9,363 nucleotides of DNA from a virus. Taxonomy: Duplodnaviria; Heunggongvirae; Uroviricota; Caudoviricetes. The stretch covers positions 1-9,363 of IMG/VR virus record IMGVR_UViG_2657244940_000008; one strand, written 5' to 3'. This document shows, one piece after another, positions 1-6,621 of the stretch (the first letter of the stretch is position 1; the number at the start of each line of letters is the position of its first letter). The notes under the pieces are model-generated. The model was not told the origin of the DNA and searched no databases. It saw only the letters and a program-made list of their open reading frames with translations. A program made the translations under genes and the position numbers.

Positions 1-49
1 ACAAGCAAGCAAATTAATAAACGATGCTTTTAGGTTTTTTCTCAAAAAC

Positions 50-391
50 TTATCTTATTACCTGTTCCATCATACAACTGAAATCGCTGTACCGGGCGTT
101 ATCCGTAACACTCCACTCCCGGCACACCACCCTGACCGTCCGGTTATGTTTCGGGGGCTTCCACAAAAAAGCCCGGTAACCACCATGCCATGACAGAAAC
201 GCGGACAGTGCCTCCCGCTCAGCATCCGTTGTCACCCGAAAAACCACCTGAAAGGTCTTCAGTTGCGCATTCAGTCCTGCCGGACGACGTTGCTAATAAC
301 CGTCGCCAAACTTCACCGTCATCACCGACGGTTTCTCCGTCACCTGCATCCCTTCCCGGGGACACCAGTGAAGGGTCTTAATCTCATCCAC
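50..391 (-). pseudogene. Minor tail protein M homologue interrupted by an in-frame amber codon (TAG at 293-295)
   Basis: Translation aligns by eye along the whole of lambda M as recalled (LHWCPREGMQVTEKPSVMTVKFGDGY-stop-QRRPAGLNAQLKTF...SWHGGYRAFLWKPP... versus FRWKVKPGMDVASVPSVRKVRFGDGYSQRAPAGLNANLKTY...EEHGGWKSFLWTPP...). TAG sits where lambda has Ser. Probable start is GTG at 389-391, overlapping the tape measure stop. The ORF track reports only the 3' piece, 50-247. Confidence 0.7.
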
Positions 392-3300
392 TCAGCATTC
401 CTCCGTCACGACGCATGGATAACATCACCGCCTGTACCCGCTGGTCAATCAGCTGCACAAGACTGCCTGCCGCCTCCGGCCCTATCTGTCCGTTAGCCCC
501 GTCATTCTGAATGGCGATATGGTAGACCGGGGAATACACCAGACCGGCACTGCCGTTCATACTGCCCACCGCGCGTACACCCAGCGAGCCATCCGCCGCC
601 CGGGTCAGGGGCATTATGGCTTCAGGTCCTGCTTCCCCCATCAGCCCGGCCCCTTTTGCAAAGGCAAAGTACGTGGGCGTATCCACAATACTGTTGCTGT
701 ACGCGCTCAGGTTTGCCGAGGTATACACGCCGCCTTTTGCATTGGCCACCGCACCGCCCAGCCAGTCACCAATGCTGCCAATAAATCCTCCTGCACCGGA
801 CATACTGTTTGCCGCCGTCTTAATTCCGTTGACAATCGCGGCATTCATAAGAACTTTTGATATTTCCTGCAGCACTGATGAGGCCCAGTTGCGCCATTCC
901 ACTTTATTCCCGTTCAGCATCTCCGTGATGTTATTCACCATCCCTGAGATACCCTCCGTCGCAAGCTGTGCTGCCTGTGAGGCGTAATCGGACGCATTAT
1001 CCACCCAGTTACTGAGCCCCTCCTGCAAGCCTTTCTGCCAGTCCGCACGCTGCACATCCGATTCGGCATAAAAGGCTGCCTGGTCCTTAAGGCGTTCGCT
1101 CAGATACTGCGCGTTCTGTGCCCGTGCCTGTCTGTAAAAATCCTCACTGATATCCCCGGCCTGATACTGAGACTGAAGGTCCGCATCCTTCTGGCGGAAG
1201 CTGTCGCGGATCTGCTGCAACTCCCGCATGCGTTCCCTGGCTCGTTCTCCCTGCCCGTACCCCAGCAGTTCGGCTTCATTTGATGCACGCGCAGCCACAT
1301 TATCATTCTTCAGGGTCTCTTCCCGGGATCGCAACTGTTCCCGGATTTTTTGCTGGTCAATCAGGGCCGCGTTACGCAGCAGTTCCTGCTTCTGCATCTC
1401 CGTCAGGGTTTTCAGTTCGCCCTGCGCAGTCTGGTACTTCAGCTTCGCCAGCTCTGTATTCTGACCCGCCAGTGCCAGTTGCTCTTTCTGCTGCTTCAGT
1501 AGCCGGGAAAAACTGTCTTCCGCTTTTTCCGTCTCTGATTTTCCACCCCGGGATTTAGGTTTGTTCGCCTCGTTATTACGCCAGGCTTCCAGAGCATTAC
1601 TGATATAACGCTGTCTCGCCTCCTGATACGAATCCCCCACAAAACCAAGGTCATCCGCCGCATACCCCAGCCGGGCACGCTCTTTTTCCTCCCCCTTCAG
1701 TCGGGACAGGGCCAGCTCACGTTCTGTTTTTGTCAGGGCGCTCTGCTGTTTATCATCCAGGGTGGCCTGCGGCAGCCGTAACGGTACATTCACCAGTCCC
1801 TGACGCTGCTGAAGCAGTTCATTCCCCAGCCCCAGCAGACGGTTGAATTCCGTATGCTGGCCGTTCATGACCAGCAGTGACTGATACGCTTTATTCTGCT
1901 CTGCCGCCTGCTGACGAATTAACGCCACACGGCGATCTTCCAGTCCGGCAAGCACATCCTGAATGGACTGCGCCTTTTCCTGCATCTGTGCCAGACGGGA
2001 CTGCTCAACAGCAAGCTGCTCTGTTGCCTGAGCAAGCCCTTCCGTTACAGTTTTCACCGAGGTCAGATGGTTTATCATGAATCCGTCACCGGTCGTCCAG
2101 CCCGGGTTCGCCAGAACATACTGATATCCTGCGATTTTTTCCTGCAGGGATTTCACCCGACTGGCCTGTTCATCAATCAGCCGGTTCTGCTCTGTCAGCG
2201 CCGCCCGTGTTCGTCCTTCATTATCTGAGGCTTCAGGCAAAGACATTGACGGCGTTTTATGCGCGATTTCATCTATCGTCAGTGCATACTGGCGCGCTGA
2301 CTCCCTGGCCTGCTCCTGATTCTGGTACAGCGTATACCATGCTGCTGCCCCCAGCATCACCAGTCCGGGTACGCCACCAACCAGTCCCAACGCACCAGTC
2401 ATCAGACGTGAGCCCACCGCCGTTGTACTGTTCAGCGCATTCTGGGCTGCGGTTCTGGCAGCAATATTTCTGTTCAGGCGTTCCTGTGTGGCCGCCAGAC
2501 GGGCTTCTGCAGCAATCTGCATCTCCGTCCCGCGGGCTGCCGCCACAGCCTGCTGTGCACGGTACACGGCTGCCCTTGCCCGCGCCGTGGCAATCTGCGT
2601 CCCCCTGAGCTGTGCTTCCGCCAGTGCCACTTCATTACGTGCTGCCGTCACAAGTCCTGCCGTGGCAGACACCGCTCCGGAGGCCATATTGCCAAAGTAC
2701 CGGGCAACCCCGACGGCAACCAGCGCACCCACGGCTGTTGCCACATTATCAATCTGTCCGGCAACACCGTTCAGCACGCCGGAGAGCGTTTTTGTCACCC
2801 CGCTGGCCTCATTCGCGCCACCCACCCAGGCCATAAAGGCGTTTTCCACCTTTGTGATACTACCGGAAACCGTTTCCGGCATGGCCGCATATTCATCACG
2901 CAATACCCCCAGCTGGCTGATTAACGCAGGGACCACTTTATCCGCCGTCAGTTTGCCGTCGTCCGCCATCGCCTTAAGGTCTTTACGGGCCACGCCCATA
3001 CCCGCAGCCAGTGCACGTACGATCCGATCTCCGCTTTCATTGACCGAATTAAATTCCTCACCGCGTAACACCCCCTGTGCCAGCGCCTGGCTGAACTGGG
3101 TGATCACCGAGCCCGCCTCTGCCGTACTGGCACCGGAGATTTTCAGCCCCGTGGAAATGGCCTCCGTCACCTTCAGTACATCACCGGCACTGTAGCCATA
3201 TTCACGCATTGAGGCTGCCGAGCGGGCAAACAGGGCCGCATTATCTGAAAATGCCGTGCCCGTCCGCTGGCTGATATCCATCAGCACTTTCTGTGATGAC

Positions 3301-3626
3301 GAAAATTCATCGGATGACTGCGACGCCTGTTTCAGTCGGGCATTCACGGAACTCCATTCATCGGCCAGAGAAATCAGGTGCCCGGTGGCAAAGGCACCTG
3401 CAAATGCCCCCGCCGTTCCGGCAACTGAAGCGCGGATTTCCGTCAACTGGCTGTTCAGCTCAGCCAGGGCGCGTCGCTGCTCCCGGGCGACTGCGGCAGC
3501 CTGACGCCCGCCATTCTGCAGGGTCCGGTAATATTCACTGCCCATGCGGGCAGCCCGCTGGATCTCCGACTGGAATGACTGCGAATTTGCCGAAATTTTG
3601 ATAATCAGTTCACGTAACGTCGCCAT
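384..3626 (-). CDS. Tail tape measure protein (1080 aa, lambda H-like)
   Basis: Largest ORF, in the canonical position after G/GT; SD GGAGAAAGG upstream of ATG at 3624-3626; Ala/Gln-rich helical repeats, an internal hydrophobic segment (LMTGALGLVGGVPGLVMLGAAAWY) and a C-terminal GLMGEAGPEAIMPL motif typical of lambda H-type proteins. Confidence 0.9.
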   Translation of the reverse strand: MATLRELIIKISANSQSFQSEIQRAARMGSEYYRTLQNGGRQAAAVAREQRRALAELNSQLTEIRASVAGTAGAFAGAFATGHLISLADEWSSVNARLKQASQSSDEFSSSQKVLMDISQRTGTAFSDNAALFARSAASMREYGYSAGDVLKVTEAISTGLKISGASTAEAGSVITQFSQALAQGVLRGEEFNSVNESGDRIVRALAAGMGVARKDLKAMADDGKLTADKVVPALISQLGVLRDEYAAMPETVSGSITKVENAFMAWVGGANEASGVTKTLSGVLNGVAGQIDNVATAVGALVAVGVARYFGNMASGAVSATAGLVTAARNEVALAEAQLRGTQIATARARAAVYRAQQAVAAARGTEMQIAAEARLAATQERLNRNIAARTAAQNALNSTTAVGSRLMTGALGLVGGVPGLVMLGAAAWYTLYQNQEQARESARQYALTIDEIAHKTPSMSLPEASDNEGRTRAALTEQNRLIDEQASRVKSLQEKIAGYQYVLANPGWTTGDGFMINHLTSVKTVTEGLAQATEQLAVEQSRLAQMQEKAQSIQDVLAGLEDRRVALIRQQAAEQNKAYQSLLVMNGQHTEFNRLLGLGNELLQQRQGLVNVPLRLPQATLDDKQQSALTKTERELALSRLKGEEKERARLGYAADDLGFVGDSYQEARQRYISNALEAWRNNEANKPKSRGGKSETEKAEDSFSRLLKQQKEQLALAGQNTELAKLKYQTAQGELKTLTEMQKQELLRNAALIDQQKIREQLRSREETLKNDNVAARASNEAELLGYGQGERARERMRELQQIRDSFRQKDADLQSQYQAGDISEDFYRQARAQNAQYLSERLKDQAAFYAESDVQRADWQKGLQEGLSNWVDNASDYASQAAQLATEGISGMVNNITEMLNGNKVEWRNWASSVLQEISKVLMNAAIVNGIKTAANSMSGAGGFIGSIGDWLGGAVANAKGGVYTSANLSAYSNSIVDTPTYFAFAKGAGLMGEAGPEAIMPLTRAADGSLGVRAVGSMNGSAGLVYSPVYHIAIQNDGANGQIGPEAAGSLVQLIDQRVQAVMLSMRRDGGMLSG

Positions 3627-3644
3627 TCACCTTTCTCCGGGCGT

Positions 3645-3664
3645 AAAAAAACCGCCTCAGCGGT
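3645..3664 (-). terminator. Short hairpin plus U-tract between T stop and tape measure start
   Basis: Minus strand ACCGC-TGAG-GCGGT followed by TTTTTT; 5-bp stem and 4-nt loop; weak intrinsic-terminator or attenuator-like structure. Confidence 0.3.
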
Positions 3665-3673
3665 TCTCATCAT

Positions 3674-3955
3674 TCATGACTGTGCTGCAAAGCTCAGCGC
3701 GTCTTCCAGCGCCGCAAACGGATCCACCTCCGGCTTATCCTCATCCTCGCCCCAGCAGAGCATGGCGTCCTTCAGTGCAACATTCATCCCCTGTGCCCCG
3801 AAAACCGCTTTCACGATCTGTGCATTACGGATATCCCCGCGCTCATCACCCAGCGGGGATACCCTGTCGAACTCCATCCACATCATCGCCTCGCTCGCAC
3901 TCAGGCTGTGCCGCAGTTCGGATAAGGTGCGCCCCAGACGGAGCGCAAGTCGCAT
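3674..3955 (-). CDS. Tail assembly chaperone T-frame segment, expressed as G-T fusion via -1 frameshift
   Basis: ORF lies in the -1 frame relative to G, directly downstream of the slippery site and upstream of the tape measure gene, the conserved lambda G/GT arrangement. The T frame is open from the slip site (3982-3988) to the stop at 3674-3676. Confidence 0.7.
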   Translation of the reverse strand: MRLALRLGRTLSELRHSLSASEAMMWMEFDRVSPLGDERGDIRNAQIVKAVFGAQGMNVALKDAMLCWGEDEDKPEVDPFAALEDALSFAAQS

Positions 3956-3978
3956 CAGAAAGCGAATTTCCGGGCGGG

Positions 3979-4353
3979 CTACTTTTTTCTGGCCGACTCT
4001 GCATCAGCGATCAGTTCCAGTGCCTGACGCAGCAACCGGGCATGTACCGGACCATAGACGGCCAGCACCTGCTCACGGTCGTCCGGAGTGAACACCCGTT
4101 GCAGGTCAGTATCACACAGGACATCGCAGAACAGCGTCACATCCGCTTCCAGGTTACGGCGGGTTTTCGCCACCACCGACAGGGTATCGTCATCCTCTCC
4201 ATCACCATTGAGCACTTCCTGCCACAGATACCAGGCCTCTGCCGAAGGCTCCCGCAGCACCACGCTGACATTTCTCCATTCCGGCACCTTCACCGTTTTA
4301 TGACGGAACCCCGACAGTCTGGCCAGCGCCAGTGTTTTCAGATCCTTTTTCAT
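3979..4353 (-). CDS. Tail assembly chaperone G (124 aa)
   Basis: ATG at 4351-4353 is preceded by AAGGGGA; the longer ORF-track start at 4401 has no SD and overlaps the major tail gene. Ends ...ARKK-TAG with the slippery heptamer A_AAA_AAG as its last codons. Confidence 0.75.
   Translation of the reverse strand: MKKDLKTLALARLSGFRHKTVKVPEWRNVSVVLREPSAEAWYLWQEVLNGDGEDDDTLSVVAKTRRNLEADVTLFCDVLCDTDLQRVFTPDDREQVLAVYGPVHARLLRQALELIADAESARKK
3982..3988 (-). other. Programmed -1 ribosomal frameshift site (slippery heptamer A AAA AAG) producing the G-T fusion
   Basis: Minus strand reads GCC AGA AAA AAG TAG. A -1 slip on A_AAA_AAG continues as GTA GCC CGC CCG GAA ATT CGC TTT CTG ATG CGC (VARPEIRFLMR), entering the 93-aa T ORF. 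The T frame is -1 relative to G. Confidence 0.7.
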
Positions 4354-4367
4354 GATGACCCATCCCC

Positions 4368-5084
4368 TTATCCGGCGGCTGCGCTCACTGTCACGGTGCA
4401 TTCAAAAGACGTCACACTCTGTGCTTTCTCTGCCGAATCGGTCACCACGCAGGTATATTTCCCCGCATCAGCGGACTGCGCACCTGGCTTACTGAAGGTG
4501 TCTGTCGTCTGACCGTCAACCGGCTGACCATCCTTCTTCCAGGCGTATTTATACGGCGGCGTTCCCCCGTTGGCACTGACTGACATTGTCAGCAGCGCAC
4601 CGGTATTCACGGTAAGTGTCTTATCCAGATTTTTCCCAAACGCCAGCGGTACCACAAAGGACACCGGTTTGCCTTTCAGACGCAGTGAAAACGTTGCTGC
4701 CACCACGCCGTTGGTACCGGATGACCAGGTGTGCTGACGCACTTCCGCCAGGAACTTAAAGCCCTTACCGGACGGAAACAGCACCTTAAACGCATACAAC
4801 GCGTCATTGTCATAGGCATCACGCAGGGCGTTCTGGGCCTGATTCAGATAAAAATTACCCGACATGGAAATCTCGGACGACGCCCCCAGACCGTTGATGT
4901 TCTCCTGCTCTGTGGAGCAGAGCGTGGTCACATCAATATCCTGTTTCTGACCGGCGGTGAACTGGACTTCCTTGATAGTGCAGTCCAGGCGCAGATATTC
5001 CGCCTTATCCATAGTTTCAGCAGTCGCCGGGGCAGATGAAATCATCACCTGCGTCAGCTGTGAGCGTTCATACAAAGCAGACAT
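4368..5084 (-). CDS. Major tail (tube) protein with C-terminal Ig-like domain (lambda V analogue, 238 aa)
   Basis: Strong SD AGGAGG upstream of ATG at 5082-5084; C-terminal segment PPYKYAWKKDGQPVDG...DAGKYTCVVTD...FECTVTV has the immunoglobulin-like signature seen on lambda V-type tail tube proteins. Confidence 0.8.
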   Translation of the reverse strand: MSALYERSQLTQVMISSAPATAETMDKAEYLRLDCTIKEVQFTAGQKQDIDVTTLCSTEQENINGLGASSEISMSGNFYLNQAQNALRDAYDNDALYAFKVLFPSGKGFKFLAEVRQHTWSSGTNGVVAATFSLRLKGKPVSFVVPLAFGKNLDKTLTVNTGALLTMSVSANGGTPPYKYAWKKDGQPVDGQTTDTFSKPGAQSADAGKYTCVVTDSAEKAQSVTSFECTVTVSAAAG

Positions 5085-5100
5085 TCTGCCTCCTGATAAT

Positions 5101-5122
5101 AAAAAACCCGCACACGGCGGGG
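5101..5122 (-). terminator. Terminator-like hairpin with U-tract between the tail-terminator gene and the major tail gene
   Basis: Minus strand reads CCCGC-CGTGT-GCGGG followed by TTTTTTATTAT; a 5-bp GC stem with 5-nt loop and T-run, then AGGAGG (5089-5094) five nt before the major tail ATG. Confidence 0.4.
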
Positions 5123-5150
5123 TATGGGTTTTGTAGAAAAAAAGAAAAAG

Positions 5151-5495
5151 TCACACCGTGACCTGAAACTCCAGGGTTGCACGGTAACAGCGGTTTTCCG
5201 GAATATAGTCCTGCATTTCACTGACGGATCCCGGGGCCAGCAGCATTATGGCTTCACGGGCGTCCTGACGTATCTGACGCGCCTGCGTCACAGTCCCGGC
5301 ATAAACGTCTATCTGCACCGACACTGAGGACTCCGCCTGCCCGCCCATCACGTCCGCAGACACCGATGAAATCAGGCTGAAAACCACCCACGGAAGCGCC
5401 ACCGACGGCCTGCCATCCAGCAGGGGGACCACATACGGGTACACCTGCCCGCCGGCAAGATGCGCCAGATGAGGATACAAATCCGCCTCCGTCAT
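5151..5495 (-). CDS. Tail terminator / tail completion protein (lambda U analogue, DUF3168-like, 114 aa)
   Basis: ATGA overlap with the upstream gene (5492-5495); lies immediately upstream of the major tail gene as lambda U does. Confidence 0.55.
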   Translation of the reverse strand: MTEADLYPHLAHLAGGQVYPYVVPLLDGRPSVALPWVVFSLISSVSADVMGGQAESSVSVQIDVYAGTVTQARQIRQDAREAIMLLAPGSVSEMQDYIPENRCYRATLEFQVTV

Positions 5496-5938
5496 CGTCT
5501 CAGTACCTCATCAATGGCCCGGTTTATCCGCGCAATCGCCACCTGAGCTGCCTGTTCACTGCGCACATCAAACGCCGGGCGCACAAACGGGTGCGGTGGC
5601 ATATTCACGGTCCCCATTTCCACAAACCGCCAGTAGAAAGCATTGCGCGGGTTATCCGCCTTCATGGTGTTATCGCTGTTACCGGTGTCCGGATTAACAC
5701 CACGGATATGGACACCGGATTCCATCCCGCCATCGCGGGAGCGCCGGGAAAGGATCACCACATTGCGGCGCAGTTTTCCCCTGCGTACCGGTGCCCGTGA
5801 CACCACTTCTTCTTTCAGCACATTCGCACCAGCACGGGTTGCCTCACGCAGCACCCGGTTATTTTCTGCACCACTCAGAAGCTGCAAATCACGGCTTATT
5901 TCTTCAAGTCCCGAAAAATCCAGCAGGGTTTCGATCAT
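5492..5938 (-). CDS. HK97 gp10-like tail-component / neck protein (148 aa)
   Basis: ATGA start/stop overlap with the upstream gene (5935-5938); size and synteny match the HK97-gp10 family position. Confidence 0.65.
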   Translation of the reverse strand: MIETLLDFSGLEEISRDLQLLSGAENNRVLREATRAGANVLKEEVVSRAPVRRGKLRRNVVILSRRSRDGGMESGVHIRGVNPDTGNSDNTMKADNPRNAFYWRFVEMGTVNMPPHPFVRPAFDVRSEQAAQVAIARINRAIDEVLRR

Positions 5939-6285
5939 TTTTCCCCTCCCAGCCGACAGAGAATTTCCAGGCGCCCGCCGGTCGCATCCGGCACGGGCAC
6001 CCCGACAACATTCAGGATACAGTCACGCCAGGGACCACTCAGCACATGAAGTCGTGACGCCGCCGTGATTTCCCGACCGGACTGACCGCGCACCCAGATG
6101 CGGATTTCCGCCTGCGCCATTTCCGCACCGGACTGCATCCGCTCCCGGCTGCCCCTGCCCCAGATATCCGCATGAATTTTCCCGCATGACACCCATTCTT
6201 CCGTCATTTCTCCGGCAGCATTACGGGTTAACACCGGGTTCAGAACACTTATCATCTGTGTCAGACGACCTGCAGATATTGCCAT
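5935..6285 (-). CDS. Head-tail adaptor / head closure protein (116 aa)
   Basis: Strong Shine-Dalgarno GGAGGGGGA directly upstream of ATG at 6283-6285; small protein in the expected synteny position for a head-tail joining protein. Confidence 0.65.
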   Translation of the reverse strand: MAISAGRLTQMISVLNPVLTRNAAGEMTEEWVSCGKIHADIWGRGSRERMQSGAEMAQAEIRIWVRGQSGREITAASRLHVLSGPWRDCILNVVGVPVPDATGGRLEILCRLGGEK

Positions 6286-6294
6286 TCCCCCTCC

Positions 6295-6621
6295 TCATAA
6301 CACCGTCGGACAACGCAAATCGTAAATCAGCACGGAAACAGAAAACGGCAACTCCCCCTGCACGAGGTCTTCCCGCTCCGCAAGATCCGGATTCCGGTAC
6401 AGCATCCCGGTCAGTCGCATGGCAGCCCCCTTCATCCGGGTTAATGCCTCACCCGGGATCAGTTCACCGTCCTCACGAATCACTTTATCCCGGCTGCCCT
6501 GAATGTAGGCCAGCAGCACGGCGGTAGCCTGACGAACCTTGTCCATCAGCATGTCATCATCCGCGTCATGGTCGACACGCAGATGTGCCTTGATCTCTTC
6601 CAGTGTCAGTAATGCCGTCAT
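6295..6621 (-). CDS. gp6-like head-tail connector protein (108 aa)
   Basis: Size and position immediately after the head gene; start overlaps the upstream stop as ATGA; sequence has the character of HK97 gp6-type connector proteins (by eye, no search). Confidence 0.7.
   Translation of the reverse strand: MTALLTLEEIKAHLRVDHDADDDMLMDKVRQATAVLLAYIQGSRDKVIREDGELIPGEALTRMKGAAMRLTGMLYRNPDLAEREDLVQGELPFSVSVLIYDLRCPTVL

Noticed and set aside
616-987. Plus-strand 123-aa ORF
   Set aside because: Antisense within the 3' end of the tape measure gene; no supporting signals.
1100-1306. Minus-strand 68-aa ORF nested in the tape measure gene
   Set aside because: Out-of-frame overlap inside a strongly supported large gene; Arg/Ser/Cys-rich spurious translation.
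2488-3195. Plus-strand 235-aa Ala/Ser/Thr-rich ORF
   Set aside because: Lies entirely antisense within the tape measure gene; low-complexity composition and no start signals.
3979-4401. Longer 140-aa version of chaperone G starting at ATG 4399-4401
   Set aside because: That start lacks a Shine-Dalgarno and overlaps the major tail gene by 34 nt, whereas ATG 4351-4353 has AAGGGGA upstream and sits 15 nt after the major tail stop.
3544-4512. Plus-strand 322-aa ORF
   Set aside because: Antisense to the well-supported G and T chaperone genes and the tape measure start; Pro/Arg/His-rich low-complexity translation typical of antisense frames in GC-rich DNA.
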